NCBI GenBank assembly: GCA_048938105.1
Contig: JBHLMN010000004.1
Span: 64,001-128,000, forward strand
Reading direction: 5' to 3'
DNA: 64,000 bases
From: Promethearchaeota archaeon
GTDB taxonomy: Archaea; Asgardarchaeota; Heimdallarchaeia; Hodarchaeales; Hodarchaeaceae
The position numbers and the translations under genes were made by a program. Shown piece after piece: positions 27,190-38,773 of this stretch (position 1 is the stretch's first letter; each line of letters begins with the position of its first letter). The notes under the pieces were generated by a model. That model worked only from the letters and a program-made list of their open reading frames with translations, did not search any database and was not told the origin of the DNA.

Positions 27190-28851
27190 ATGAATATTAT
27201 TCAGGGATTCTCTGCCACCTCATCAGGTATTCAGCTGAATGTCACAAATATTCTCAAACACGGGGCAAGGAGCTTTGGTAGACAAGAAATTGTTAGTAGG
27301 AGACAAGATGGAACTATATTTCGTTATACTTACAAAGACGCTTACACTCGTGTAAAGCGTTTGGCTAGTTCTTTAAGTTTTTTGGATATAACAATTGGAG
27401 ATAAGATTGGGGTTCTTGCTTGGAATACCTATCGCCACTTTGAGCTATATTATGGGCTTTCTGGTACTGGAGCAGTAATGCTTCTTCTGAATCTACGTCT
27501 TGCTCCTCAAGAATTGAGCTATATCGTGAACCATGCTAAGGCAAGATTCATCTTTGTAGATGAAAACCTTCTAGATGTAGCAGAATCGATTGCTCCCTTG
27601 TGTAAGACAGTCAAAGCGTATGTTATTATATCAGATAAACCGTTGAGTGATGTTCCTACATCTCTTACTCCAATATATAGTTATGAAGAGATGTTAAATG
27701 AAACAAATCCAGAGTTTGAATGGCCCAACATTGCTGAGACCTCAGCTCATTCAGCTTGTTACACCAGTGGGACAACTGGTAAACCTAAAGGAGTCTATTA
27801 TTCTCATCGTGATGTTTATCTTCAAGCAATGATGTATGCCGTTAATGCTTCGATTTCAATAAATGATTGCCTACTCCAAATTGTTCCAATGTTTCATGTT
27901 CTAGGTTGGGGTTCTCCTTACGCAGCGACACTAGTAGGAGCTAAACTCGTTTTTCCTGGCAAATACCATTTAACTGACCTAGGGGATCTCATAAAGATTC
28001 TAGTTGAGGAAAAAGTGACGATTTCAAATGGGGCTCCTGCTGTCTTAATGCCAATGTTAGAACACATCCGAAAAATGGATCCAAAACCCAATCTGACAAA
28101 AACACGGTTTATTTCGGGGGCCTCGGAACCTCCTATCTCTATGATAAGGGATTTTCAGAAGTTGACTGGGGCAGAAATTGTCCATTCCTATGGTTCAACT
28201 GAAGCGCATGCAATCGTAACATTGAACCGAGTCATTCCTGCATTAAAGAAAGAGCTCTCCGAGGAAGAAAGTTGGGATCTAAAAAGAAAACAGGGATATA
28301 TTGTTGTTGGACTTGACATTAAAATTATAGATGAAAATGGCAAGGAACTTCCTCATGATGGCAAATCAGCTGGAGAAATACTTATCCGAGGCCCTTGGGT
28401 TTCAGGGAGTTATTATAACAACCCTGGTTCTGAAATTCAGTTTAATAATGATGGTTATTTTAAGAGTGGAGATGTCGGAACGATTGATTCTGAGGGATTT
28501 TTGAAGATTACAGATCGCCTCAAAGATCTTATTAAGAGCGGTGGAGAATGGATCTCTTCAGTGGATATGGAGAATGCAATTGTCTCTCATCCTGCCGTTA
28601 TTGAAGCAGCAGTCGTTGGATGTCCTCATCCTGAGTGGCAAGAACGGCCTTTAGCTTTAGTAGTCTTAAGAGACGAATTCAGAACAAAAGTAACTAAGGA
28701 TGAGATTAAAAAACATCTTGCTGAAAAATTTGCTAAGTGGCAGCTCCCTGATGAGATTCTTTTTGTGACTAGAATACTAAAAACAAGTGTAGGGAAGATA
28801 GACAAGAAAACTATTCGAATGCAATATAATAACATCTATACAAGTACTTAA
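27190..28851 (+). CDS. Medium-chain acyl-CoA ligase (AlkK/DmdB-like)
   Basis: Motifs [35 protein letters not shown] and WQERP. Start moved to ATG at 27190. Confidence 0.92.
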   Translation: MNIIQGFSATSSGIQLNVTNILKHGARSFGRQEIVSRRQDGTIFRYTYKDAYTRVKRLASSLSFLDITIGDKIGVLAWNTYRHFELYYGLSGTGAVMLLLNLRLAPQELSYIVNHAKARFIFVDENLLDVAESIAPLCKTVKAYVIISDKPLSDVPTSLTPIYSYEEMLNETNPEFEWPNIAETSAHSACYTSGTTGKPKGVYYSHRDVYLQAMMYAVNASISINDCLLQIVPMFHVLGWGSPYAATLVGAKLVFPGKYHLTDLGDLIKILVEEKVTISNGAPAVLMPMLEHIRKMDPKPNLTKTRFISGASEPPISMIRDFQKLTGAEIVHSYGSTEAHAIVTLNRVIPALKKELSEEESWDLKRKQGYIVVGLDIKIIDENGKELPHDGKSAGEILIRGPWVSGSYYNNPGSEIQFNNDGYFKSGDVGTIDSEGFLKITDRLKDLIKSGGEWISSVDMENAIVSHPAVIEAAVVGCPHPEWQERPLALVVLRDEFRTKVTKDEIKKHLAEKFAKWQLPDEILFVTRILKTSVGKIDKKTIRMQYNNIYTST

Positions 28852-28865
28852 ATAGGCCAATAAAA

Positions 28866-29270
28866 TTAGATTTCAATTCGTAGTACCTTCTTGACTTCTT
28901 CCCAGTACCATTCCCGTTTATAAATGGGATAAATTTGTTGTAGTTCAGATATTTCTTCTTTTATTGCCTTTGTTATTTGATAATTTTTATGAATTGAACA
29001 TTCATCATGGATAAAGGGCTTTCCAGTTATAAAAATCGGATAATATTTACAGTAAAGGGGTTTAGTTTGGTGAATTACGCATTGATTATTGTGAAAATAA
29101 GGACATCCTTGAGTTGTGTAGTATATCCCACCATCCTTCACTTGTTTGAATCTTTCTGAATAGTTTTTGAAAAGATAGACTTCATCAGGATTGAGAATAA
29201 TATAAACATCGATGCAGCAATCATTACCATCTCTTCCTATACAATTACGACAAAGATTTTCTTTACTCAT
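28866..29270 (-). CDS. YkgJ/CxxCxxCC cysteine-cluster protein
   Basis: CRNC....CC, then CPYF...C.IH..KP..C..YP. Probable start is MSKENL at 29270. Confidence 0.8.
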   Translation of the reverse strand: MSKENLCRNCIGRDGNDCCIDVYIILNPDEVYLFKNYSERFKQVKDGGIYYTTQGCPYFHNNQCVIHQTKPLYCKYYPIFITGKPFIHDECSIHKNYQITKAIKEEISELQQIYPIYKREWYWEEVKKVLRIEI

Positions 29271-29298
29271 AAGAATTCCCAATTTTTTGTGTGGGCCA

Positions 29299-32079
29299 CT
29301 AGAATTTACTTCGTATTCCATCAATTAACAATTTAAACAAATGACTAATTTTGAGGTTCACATCATCACGTTCCTTTTCTTCAGGATGTTTCTCTTCCTG
29401 ATTGGCCATGTCTACCCATTCAAGATAAGACTTATCTAAAATCTCCTCAATACCGTATTCTTTTATGATTTTTTCCGTCTTTGGATATAATTGAGAATGA
29501 TTGCCATATAATTTCCCTGTCTGATTATTTTGAAAGAGAATCAAGGCGGGAAATGAAAAATGATTTGCTAAAGATTGGATGAAATTTGATGGTTTATCAC
29601 CCATGTAAGGTACAATTATGAGTTCGAATCTAATAGTTTTTCCCGAAAATGTAGGTGCAGTTGACTTAAATGTGCTTGAATAGGTTGGGATAATTTGTTG
29701 AGCGTGACCTGTCCCATGAGTCCAATGGTGTAGCATTTTCCCATAATATGTTCCGAAAGGGTTTATCCTAATCTGTTGGCCATTCTGATTTAAGTCTCCA
29801 AATCCCTTGGCTCGGATTTTTATCGGAGCGAAAGCGAAATTTGCAGCCTTTAGTGAGTTAAATGCAATTAATAACCCCTGATCCCGATTTGAAACAGCCA
29901 TCCATCCATCAGAGATATTTGATACAAAGCAATCTATATCTGCATTCTTTGGGTCGACTTCAACCATATCTAAGTCAAAATAAGTAGTATGGCCGAAAAA
30001 GTTATGTTTCCAGATTCTTAAATGAGTGTCATTTTTACCAATAATATTTGGTCTAATTTCACAAGGAATAATCTCTTGCCAGCGATCATCAAATTCTGTT
30101 TTCACTCCAAAAATATTACTATCACTAGTGGTAGTACCAAAAATATTAGGAATCGTCATATAAACTTTAAGAAGGACTTTTGGAATGTTCGCATATACAG
30201 TTAATTCTTTTTCTGCCTTCACTTCTAATCCATTAATTATTTTAAATAAGCTAACAATTTTTACAGAAGCAAAGAAATTATTACTCCCATCATGTAAAAT
30301 TTTAATCTCATCAGATGCAGATTTGTACTTTAATAATCGTTTCGGTTTACCAAAAACTATTGCTGACTCTAAAAATTTTTTAGAACTGAATTCCTTTCCC
30401 TCAAAGATGAAAGTATTAATTTTTCCATTATCATCGAATTCTAATTTGACATATTTATTTTTTAGAATACGCTTAGACGCAAATAAATCCCTATCTATTC
30501 GTGGGATTGTTTCTTTTTCTCGATTAAAAAGAAGTTTTAATTTGATATATCCTGATTTATTAAAAGAAGAGGTTGGTATAATCGCTTCAAAGAGATCTGT
30601 CTCACGATTGTTTTCTTTATTGACATTAAATGGTATTTCTTGGGGATTTATTTTCTTTATTCCCTTAAATTCCTTTGGTAATTCCGTTCTAATTAATATC
30701 GGAGAATTAACTAATTTTTCTTCCTTTCTTGTTATCCCTCGGGTTTTAATAGGGAGGATATACATATTAAAAGCATCATCAGTAGAATTCCACGTGGAAT
30801 TCAGGGCTTCACTTAATGCTAAGTTAAAAGACTTTTTTGCTAATTTGAAAGAGTCAATCGCGTATTTTAAAGCGGTTTTTTGGCGATGAGGATGTTGAAA
30901 TGGCATTGACATTCCAAAATGTGTCGTGGATGAGAAAAGTATCTTATTTTTCATGTGAGAATTAACTGAATCATTATCATTCCGAAGATAGTTATTTATT
31001 TGAGAAAGATTCGATTGAGTTATTTTTTGGGAGATTAATGTGTCAGTAACACATTTTAACCAGCGAGAATGTTGTCCAATAGTCCAAAATTTAGTGTTAT
31101 TATATTTTTGTGCCCAATTGTAATAACCACACCAACATCCATCTGCTAAATCTTGTCTAATTGTACAAGATCCATGAACTTTGAGTTTTGGTATAATTTC
31201 TAACAGATTCACCAATTTGACGTATTCTAACTTATCCACTGCTTTAATTATTTCTCGAATTCCTCCAGTATTAGGCATCCACTTCATAAAACGTGGGACG
31301 GCAGTTCCCTTCCACGCAGGACTATCCATATCATGGTTCAACACAACCAGAGCATGACCTTCAATGTTCCCTGTTTTCTGTTTTCTACGTATGAATTTAA
31401 ACCATTTCTCAATAGATAGATGATCAATAATATCCCCGAAACCATACATAGGAATCATAATACAACTAGCATCAGAGATAGTTGATAAGAAATTAACTAA
31501 ACCATAACATTGGTTCCAATCTAATCTAGGATTAATTAGGGGGCGTGCTGTGTCAAAAGGAATAACTGCATAATAGTTGAGGATACCTTTGATCCCAACT
31601 TGCTTAAAAAGTTCTATCATACCGTGGGTAAACATTGTTTCTTGTACGCGAATATAAGGGGCAATTCTACCTGGAAATAATTGTTTTAAACCTATTCCCA
31701 TTGAATTCTCAATGTTCCAAGTGCATTGTAGGAGAAATTCCTCTGTATCTAAAACTGAAAGAGCGTTATTCCCCCAACTTCCGATGATAACTTCATCTCT
31801 ACCTTGTTTCACACGTTCTATTACTTGATCTAGAATATCTGGTTGGTATTTTTGTTGGAGTTGGATCGACCAATATAAATCACTATAATCCCAAGAAATC
31901 CTAATCTTTCCATCACAAAATCCTTCGTCCTCACATTTAACAATTGTGTCCATAATCTCTCGCATTATTTTTAGATCTAGTCCAAAACCATCTGTACCTA
32001 TCGAATCTCCTCGATACGAGTGGTAGTAGTTTATGTGGGGTGACATTACGAAGTATATCTTCTTATTCTGCAATTCCAA
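29299..32079 (-). CDS. Glycoside-hydrolase-like protein (GH38/GH57-type N-terminal barrel plus beta-sandwich C-terminus)
   Basis: N-terminal HxNxxH metal motif, RVQE, NHDMD, and LKNKYVKLEF at the start of a supersandwich domain. Confidence 0.55.
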   Translation of the reverse strand: MELQNKKIYFVMSPHINYYHSYRGDSIGTDGFGLDLKIMREIMDTIVKCEDEGFCDGKIRISWDYSDLYWSIQLQQKYQPDILDQVIERVKQGRDEVIIGSWGNNALSVLDTEEFLLQCTWNIENSMGIGLKQLFPGRIAPYIRVQETMFTHGMIELFKQVGIKGILNYYAVIPFDTARPLINPRLDWNQCYGLVNFLSTISDASCIMIPMYGFGDIIDHLSIEKWFKFIRRKQKTGNIEGHALVVLNHDMDSPAWKGTAVPRFMKWMPNTGGIREIIKAVDKLEYVKLVNLLEIIPKLKVHGSCTIRQDLADGCWCGYYNWAQKYNNTKFWTIGQHSRWLKCVTDTLISQKITQSNLSQINNYLRNDNDSVNSHMKNKILFSSTTHFGMSMPFQHPHRQKTALKYAIDSFKLAKKSFNLALSEALNSTWNSTDDAFNMYILPIKTRGITRKEEKLVNSPILIRTELPKEFKGIKKINPQEIPFNVNKENNRETDLFEAIIPTSSFNKSGYIKLKLLFNREKETIPRIDRDLFASKRILKNKYVKLEFDDNGKINTFIFEGKEFSSKKFLESAIVFGKPKRLLKYKSASDEIKILHDGSNNFFASVKIVSLFKIINGLEVKAEKELTVYANIPKVLLKVYMTIPNIFGTTTSDSNIFGVKTEFDDRWQEIIPCEIRPNIIGKNDTHLRIWKHNFFGHTTYFDLDMVEVDPKNADIDCFVSNISDGWMAVSNRDQGLLIAFNSLKAANFAFAPIKIRAKGFGDLNQNGQQIRINPFGTYYGKMLHHWTHGTGHAQQIIPTYSSTFKSTAPTFSGKTIRFELIIVPYMGDKPSNFIQSLANHFSFPALILFQNNQTGKLYGNHSQLYPKTEKIIKEYGIEEILDKSYLEWVDMANQEEKHPEEKERDDVNLKISHLFKLLIDGIRSKF

Positions 32080-32130
32080 AACTAGTTACCTCTTGGGATG
32101 AACTCAATGATACAACGATTTAGGAAGCTA

Positions 32131-34905
32131 TTATAATACAATCTTCCTTTTAATAGCAGTAAGTTCTGCTGCCTCAGTTTGAGCAGCTTCATAAACCGAA
32201 ATAGGGAATTTATTATGTAGAGGGGAAATCTTTGCGCCGATAGCTGCACATTTATAATAAAATCTGGCAAAAAAGCCCACACCGGTTACCATGTTTGAGC
32301 TTCGGGCTAACTCATCAAGAGTGTTAGCATCATAACCACCAAATAAGGCATAGAAGAAGGAATGAAGGAATTCACCAGCAAATAGGACTAAAATGAGTAA
32401 AAACATGGCACTGATTAATCCTTGACCTAGTCCAATTATGTCAACAATTATTACTTCAAATACTTTGAAAACGAGGTAAACCATTCCTGCTGAGAGTAAT
32501 GGTGCAATGTAAGACGGCCAAGGGTTCCAATCCCACCTGTGAATTTTGATACGTAAGGTGGCTATAACAAAGATATCTTTTACTGCTAACGAGATAATAT
32601 ATGCCCATAAAACTGCTTCCATTATATGGAAATTCATAAGGAAGATAATCATTAATACAGCTCTTAAGCCTTGTTCTATAACCCATGATATCGTTGCGTA
32701 AATTGGTTTATTCGCTGCTGGAAATGCTTGATCACACATCCATGAGGGAGGGCCTAAGATTCTTTGGAATAAAAATAATGGTAACAATTGTGCTGCCCTA
32801 ATCCAAAGAGGGCCTGATGCTCCAATGATAAATGTTTCTGAGATAGCTAAAAATGCTGCTGATAAATAAAGAGTCCACAATATACCCCATCTAAATCCAG
32901 AGATAGTGTTATAATTCAACAAGTTTTCCTTATTATATTCATGAGCTTCTGTAAGTGCACCGAGGAGAGCTGAAGTCATCAGAACAATTGCCATAGGAAC
33001 TTGGCTGATGGTCCACGCAAGTTCAAAATAACCTTGTTCTTGAGAACTATTTGGAATATAAATCACTACAAGATAGACTTGAAGTAACCAAACTAATGGT
33101 ACAAGCATTTCTCCTATTGCCATCTTCATTCCGAACTTAAAAGTTGCAAAGAACTCTGTTTTCGAGAAACTAGCTCCAAAAATTGGTTTACTTGGCAGTT
33201 TTAATGATTTATACATTCGCCAGGTTATGAAAAATAAAGCCCAATCACCAAGGAGTTGTCCAACGAGAAGTCCGATACTCGTTCCAAAAGCAACTCCATA
33301 TTGGACATTGCTTTGGTAAATTGCTTTAAAAAATGGGACAGTGATAACCTGCAATACTAATCTAAGCACGAGAGATTGAAGAGCAAAAGCAATCATTTGG
33401 TAATCTGCACGTTGAGTTCCTTGGAAAAAGTATTGAAACACCAAAAATATCCCTGGGAATTGAATCATTGAATGGATCACAAACATCCATGACAAGTAGT
33501 TGAAATTTGTTAGGGGGAAAACAATAGACCCTACAAACGCTACTAAACCAATCTGTACAACTCCACTTAGGATTTCCCACCAAATAAATAATTGGACATA
33601 ATGATATGCTTTTTCAGGACGTTCTATTCGATGTTGTGCAAAAAATCTTATGATTGCATAATTAAAACCAAGGTCAAAAATTAACCAAATAGCTTCAAAG
33701 AAGTGTAAGGTGTAAGAATACCATCCATTTGATTGTGGATAGGGATTAATAAACTGTGGCATTAAAATCGAACTAACTAGGAGTTGTGGAATGATTAACA
33801 ACATCATGAGGAAATATAATTTTAAGAATCCACTTAACTGACGATGAAAGCCTACAACTTCCCAATCGTTGTCTATATCGACATATATCTCCTCTTTTGG
33901 AGTGGCTTTTAGAACCTCAATATCAGAAGTAGTAAAGTAATCTGGGAGCTTATCTTTCTCTTTTCTTACACGATAAAAAGCCCAAACTGATCCAACAGCA
34001 GTAATGAGAACAATTATTCCTAGAATTAATTGTTCTTCATAATGAGGAACGGCACTGTATCGCCACTCACCATAAATGGGAACTGGTCTCCCAACTGAAG
34101 ATTGAACAGTTGCAAATAAAAGATAGTTGTAAAAAGGCCAAATCATGAAATGTTCATTGGCATTAACATTCTCAAATTCTTCTTGTAACCATCCTGAAAG
34201 GAGAAAAATATTCTCTCCTTCATTTTCTCCAGCGCGAATTCCTGCAATCATTGGGTAATCTTGTTCTTCCTCTGCGTTTAAATCAGCATCATTCCACTGC
34301 ATTTTGACATACATTATTACATCGTCTTTAAGATCAGGTACTAATGTCCAATAAAAAGTTTCAGGTGCAGTATTCCAGACAATAGTTGCTAGAATGGGAT
34401 GTGATTTGATTTGTTTTTCTGCACTCGAAATAGATATACCTTTTAGTTTATTAAATAAATCTGGATTTTCTTCTTCAGTAACATCTCCCATATTATCTTC
34501 AAATTGAGTGGTAGAGGTAAAATTAAATGTAGAAAGAATGTGGGTTCCTCTTGTAAGAGTAGGTCCCATAATAATGATTAAACCGTGACCATTTATTTTT
34601 GTCCAAGCGGATAATGTGATTAATTGGGTCTGATTTAAATTTGCGTCATTAATAACTACTGTATCAAAATTTCCTAGATTGGAAAATGATATTTTTGATA
34701 TTTTCTGAGTAGTTACAACTATATTATCTGAATCAAGCTCAAGGGCAGCTAAAGTTTTTCCCTGGGAATTACCAATATAAAGAACATGTGTTTTAACTCC
34801 TTGAGCTTTGCTAGGGGTTATTCCTGATGAGATAAAGCTTAGAGTGCTTAGGTTAATTATTAAAAGGGTCAAAACAAGTGATATAGCTTTCTTTTCTGTT
34901 TTCAT
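32131..34905 (-). CDS. Wzx/MATE-like flippase fused to an N-terminal extracellular domain
   Basis: Signal peptide, ~250-aa soluble domain, a TM, then >12 TMs including FDLG...AIIRF. Confidence 0.65.
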   Translation of the reverse strand: MKTEKKAISLVLTLLIINLSTLSFISSGITPSKAQGVKTHVLYIGNSQGKTLAALELDSDNIVVTTQKISKISFSNLGNFDTVVINDANLNQTQLITLSAWTKINGHGLIIIMGPTLTRGTHILSTFNFTSTTQFEDNMGDVTEEENPDLFNKLKGISISSAEKQIKSHPILATIVWNTAPETFYWTLVPDLKDDVIMYVKMQWNDADLNAEEEQDYPMIAGIRAGENEGENIFLLSGWLQEEFENVNANEHFMIWPFYNYLLFATVQSSVGRPVPIYGEWRYSAVPHYEEQLILGIIVLITAVGSVWAFYRVRKEKDKLPDYFTTSDIEVLKATPKEEIYVDIDNDWEVVGFHRQLSGFLKLYFLMMLLIIPQLLVSSILMPQFINPYPQSNGWYSYTLHFFEAIWLIFDLGFNYAIIRFFAQHRIERPEKAYHYVQLFIWWEILSGVVQIGLVAFVGSIVFPLTNFNYLSWMFVIHSMIQFPGIFLVFQYFFQGTQRADYQMIAFALQSLVLRLVLQVITVPFFKAIYQSNVQYGVAFGTSIGLLVGQLLGDWALFFITWRMYKSLKLPSKPIFGASFSKTEFFATFKFGMKMAIGEMLVPLVWLLQVYLVVIYIPNSSQEQGYFELAWTISQVPMAIVLMTSALLGALTEAHEYNKENLLNYNTISGFRWGILWTLYLSAAFLAISETFIIGASGPLWIRAAQLLPLFLFQRILGPPSWMCDQAFPAANKPIYATISWVIEQGLRAVLMIIFLMNFHIMEAVLWAYIISLAVKDIFVIATLRIKIHRWDWNPWPSYIAPLLSAGMVYLVFKVFEVIIVDIIGLGQGLISAMFLLILVLFAGEFLHSFFYALFGGYDANTLDELARSSNMVTGVGFFARFYYKCAAIGAKISPLHNKFPISVYEAAQTEAAELTAIKRKIVL

Positions 34906-35144
34906 ATTACATCCCTTTGCGAATTATCCTTTTAAAACTGGTTATACCACATTGGAATAGATCTCAAACTTAAACTTAATAAGAAGCCTTCTCAATTTAG
35001 CTGAAGGATGTCAAGACCTTTTTTTGATTTATTTGTTTTTCGTAAAACAAAATGATTGAACTAGCCAAAAAAGATTCTGTATATAATAATCTGCTCAAAA
35101 ACTTTCGTGAATTATTGTTATCTTGAAGAAGAAAGCTACTATCC

Positions 35145-37466
35145 TTAAAGTCTCTTTTTTCTTTTTCTCCATAATATTAATGTTCCTAATCCTAAAATGA
35201 GGCCAATAATTGCGTATTTTACCTTAGTTGATGTTGTTGAAGACGTTGAACTTGGCGTTGAAGAAGAGCTGATGGTAGTAGTAGTAGTAGATATAGAGGT
35301 AGAAGTAGATATAGGGGTAGTAGTAGTAATAGTAGTAGTAGTAGATATAGGGGTAGTAGTAGTGGTGGAAGTGGATGTAGAGGAAGTGGTAGCAAGAATA
35401 TTAATGATGACTCTATCTTCTGCATCATTACCAAGGATATCAAAAACGATCAAAGTCACAAGAAATTTACCAATAGTAGATGAATTGAAGATAAATGTAA
35501 TATCAGAGCCATCCCAGGGGCCTGATTTAACTATAAAATTATTAACTAGAATGGTAAAATTCCAGGGGCTAAGATCATAGATTTTCCATTTTAATGATAT
35601 GTTTGTTTGATTCAGCCAGAGTTTCATATCGTTTGGTTTAGATATGACAATTGGAGGTGTTGAAGAATAGACAGTAACCCAGAATGTATCACAATACTGT
35701 TTTTCAACCTCATTATATAATAAAAAAGTAATATTATGTTTGCCAAGTGCTAAAGAATTTAGATCTAATTCTTTCTTAGAACCATTCCAAGTAAATATTT
35801 CTAACAATGAATTATTATTGTATATCTTACCTATTAGAGGTGGAGTCGATGTTCCCGTCCATTGAATACTTCCATTTTTCTGTCCTAATTCGATTTGATG
35901 AGGACCATCACGGTAAACAAGAAAATCTTTAGTAGTAACAATAATAGTATCTTTAGTTATTTTTCCTCCCTCATCAGAAACTAATAAGGTAAAGTTATGT
36001 TCACCAAGATCGAGAGGACTCAAATCAAAAGTTAGATTAGTTGGTAGCCATAACTGATTAAAAAGAACCTCTCCATCATTAATAACTTGACCATTCTGGT
36101 ACAATATATAAGAACCATTCATTTTCAGTCTTGCACGAAAATTATACCAAGTTTGCCAAGTTAGCTTGAATGCTTCTTCTTCTCTAATAATTTTATCTTC
36201 AGGGGAATCTAGAATTGGAGTCAATCGGAATCGTTCTGCTTTAAATATTCCCATCGATGCACCTTTATAATACATTTCCCATACAACATCCCCAGAAGCA
36301 TTTACCTCTACCAATCTTGGACCAATGTCTGTTCCATCATGATTTTCAGTTCCAAAGGTGCCCAAACGATTTCCATTGGGTAACCTATCTGCATCGCCCC
36401 AATAAGCGGAATAATATTCACGTGTTCCAGTCCAAGACCATGAAACATTAGCTGTCATCGTAGTTTCATTGATACTGATTTCCAAGATTCGGGATCGATG
36501 ATTATTCAAATTCGTTTGGTTGAGATAGTCATTATCAAAAAGAATAAAGGTGTTATCATCCACTTTTTCTAAAGCATGGGCATGATAAAAGAGATTTTCG
36601 CGTTGATTACCTTTTTGGTCAAATAAAGTGAAATTTCCGTGTTCTCCTAATCCCCAAACAATTCTACCTGTTGAATGCTCTATCTTAAAGAAGGTATTTA
36701 GATTTCTACAGAGTAAATATATCATATCTTCCTCAATATCCCAAAATACGCTATTAGAATGTGTAATATCTCGATTTCCTCCCATCAATTCTCCAGACCA
36801 CCAGCTAAACGGTATGAAAGTTTGAGTGTGTAATTCCCATAATATAACCCCTGTTATGTTCCTTTCACGAATTATATCGTATTTGTAAGTATAATCACCA
36901 TCAACAATATAATCCATATTTAAAGTAATAAAAGTCTTGGTCCTGGGATTATAGGAAATATCATGGTGACTACCAAAGGGAATTGATACATTTTTACCAG
37001 TCTCTATATTCCAAAAGTATGATGGGGCTGAACTAACCAGCAGGAATGTAGTAGAGTTAATCGGTTGAGCATAACCATAATTATTTTTGCTTGGGAATGT
37101 GTTTATGATATTTCCCTCCATGTCAGTTATTCGAAAAGAATAGGGGGGATCATTGAAATTTCGAAATTGAAAGATATTGTACCCATCAAAATATTCCCCA
37201 GAATGAATTACGTGTGTACTTACCTCCACCCCTTTTACTTCAGATTCCTTCTTAGAAACTAAATTAGGCAAATCTTCGTTAAAAAATTCCTGTGATGTTT
37301 GATGTAATTTAGTAATACCGTTATCGTAACTTGAGAAACTTCCTGTCTTGTCATTAGCAGGTATAAAAAATCCAAAATAACTAGGAACGAATAAGAACAG
37401 CGCGATTATGAAGATAAGAGTGAAAAATTGTTGAAAATGTCGGTTCAGCGTTAAAATCATTATCAT
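35145..37466 (-). CDS. Secreted arylsulfate sulfotransferase (ASST)-like beta-propeller with Ig-like domains, Thr/Ser linker and C-terminal anchor
   Basis: Motifs HHD, DITHSNSV, YHAHA, LFDN, SRILEI and GDADRLPNGN; tail is TM + RKRKKR. Confidence 0.82.
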   Translation of the reverse strand: MIMILTLNRHFQQFFTLIFIIALFLFVPSYFGFFIPANDKTGSFSSYDNGITKLHQTSQEFFNEDLPNLVSKKESEVKGVEVSTHVIHSGEYFDGYNIFQFRNFNDPPYSFRITDMEGNIINTFPSKNNYGYAQPINSTTFLLVSSAPSYFWNIETGKNVSIPFGSHHDISYNPRTKTFITLNMDYIVDGDYTYKYDIIRERNITGVILWELHTQTFIPFSWWSGELMGGNRDITHSNSVFWDIEEDMIYLLCRNLNTFFKIEHSTGRIVWGLGEHGNFTLFDQKGNQRENLFYHAHALEKVDDNTFILFDNDYLNQTNLNNHRSRILEISINETTMTANVSWSWTGTREYYSAYWGDADRLPNGNRLGTFGTENHDGTDIGPRLVEVNASGDVVWEMYYKGASMGIFKAERFRLTPILDSPEDKIIREEEAFKLTWQTWYNFRARLKMNGSYILYQNGQVINDGEVLFNQLWLPTNLTFDLSPLDLGEHNFTLLVSDEGGKITKDTIIVTTKDFLVYRDGPHQIELGQKNGSIQWTGTSTPPLIGKIYNNNSLLEIFTWNGSKKELDLNSLALGKHNITFLLYNEVEKQYCDTFWVTVYSSTPPIVISKPNDMKLWLNQTNISLKWKIYDLSPWNFTILVNNFIVKSGPWDGSDITFIFNSSTIGKFLVTLIVFDILGNDAEDRVIINILATTSSTSTSTTTTTPISTTTTITTTTPISTSTSISTTTTTISSSSTPSSTSSTTSTKVKYAIIGLILGLGTLILWRKRKKRL
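35277..35390. repeat. Low-complexity (GTA)n-rich repeat encoding a Thr linker
   Basis: gtagtagta runs and a duplicated gatataggggtagtagtagt. Confidence 0.8.
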
Positions 37467-37550
37467 CTTGATGATTCCAGCATTTCAATAGAGGTTTTTC
37501 TTTACTCTTAATGTGAATAAATATCATATTTTTTTAATTTTGCTAAACAA

Positions 37551-37679
37551 ACTAGTGAACCAATTATATTCAATTGGTACTAGTATTTATTGATGAATTT
37601 TGTCAATAGCGCAAAATTAAACTTTGAACCAAAAAGTATTCTGTGATACTTTACCCATTAGTCACTAATTACTTAGTGA
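37551..37679. promoter_or_regulatory. Three inverted repeats in a divergent promoter region
   Basis: ACTAGTgaACCAATT-n6-AATTGGTACTAGT (37551-37584); AAAGTAT-n6-ATACTTT (37633-37652); TCACTAA-n4-TTAGTGA (37662-37679). Confidence 0.45.
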
Positions 37680-37689
37680 GAGATTAATA

Positions 37690-38511
37690 ATGAAAGATGT
37701 ATCAAGAGGAAAGTTAATATCAACGATAGGAGCTGTTCTCGAAGCAAATTTAATTGAACAGGTTAGATTCTACGCAAAATCTCCGCTAGTTGAAATTTAT
37801 GACGAAAAGAAGATGATCAGATTTGTTTCAGGTCTTCCAATCTCAACTCTAAACTTGATAGCAGGAGCTCAGCTCTCTGATAATGATCTTGATCTTCAAA
37901 TCGAAAACGCTCTTATTCCCTTTAAGAAGTACAAAGTTCCAATGATTTGGTGGGTCGGTCCTACAACAGATCCCAAAAATTTAGGAGTATATTTAGAAAA
38001 ACATGGCCTTAAGAAAGGATTTGACATGCCAGGGATGTATTATGATTTGGAGGATTTAGAAAAAGAATTAATTTTTCCTGCAGAATTTTCATTTAGACAA
38101 GTTGATAATGATAGTCTTTTGCAAATTTGGGCTGAAACTCAATCAAAAGGATTTGAAGCTGACCCCTTATTTACTAGATATATCTATAAGTTTGAAAAGT
38201 CACTAGGAACCAATCCAGATTCTCCATGGATAAGATACATTGGATTTCTAGATGAAGAAGCAGTAGGAGTCTCAATCTTATTTTGTGGTGCTGGAATCGC
38301 TGCCATATTTAATGTAGCGACTGACCCTGATTTTAGAAGGCAGGGTATTGGCACAATAATGACAAAAATACCTCTTATGAAAGCTCGTGATTTGGGTTAC
38401 AAATTTGGTGTATTAAAAGCGTCACCAGTGGGAGTACACCTCTATCGAAAGATGCACTTTAAGAGATGTTGCAAAATAGGACTATATTATCTCTCTCTGA
38501 ACAAAATTTGA
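37690..38511 (+). CDS. GNAT-family acetyltransferase
   Basis: NVAT.PDFRRQGIG and ASPVG..LY motifs. Confidence 0.88.
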   Translation: MKDVSRGKLISTIGAVLEANLIEQVRFYAKSPLVEIYDEKKMIRFVSGLPISTLNLIAGAQLSDNDLDLQIENALIPFKKYKVPMIWWVGPTTDPKNLGVYLEKHGLKKGFDMPGMYYDLEDLEKELIFPAEFSFRQVDNDSLLQIWAETQSKGFEADPLFTRYIYKFEKSLGTNPDSPWIRYIGFLDEEAVGVSILFCGAGIAAIFNVATDPDFRRQGIGTIMTKIPLMKARDLGYKFGVLKASPVGVHLYRKMHFKRCCKIGLYYLSLNKI

Positions 38512-38773
38512 GGTTTCTGACCATTCTTTGCCTTTACTCCATAATTATATTCTGTGTTGAACTCATTATTCTTCCACATTTATTAATTTCTCTTCGGATC
38601 TTCTTTCAATTAATCATCTGGAATATTCAAACGGATTTTTTCCAGCATTTTTATGTTCTTATATGAAAAAATATTCCTCATAAATAATAAAGTCATTTAA
38701 AAGATAAAAATTCAAAGAAAATAGTACTAGTTTCAATGTTTTCTATCTTCTGATATCATCCCCAAAGGTGTGA

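Noticed and set aside
30185-30889. 234-aa antisense ORF and the other short antisense ORFs in the track
   Set aside because: They lie opposite well-supported genes and carry no motifs.
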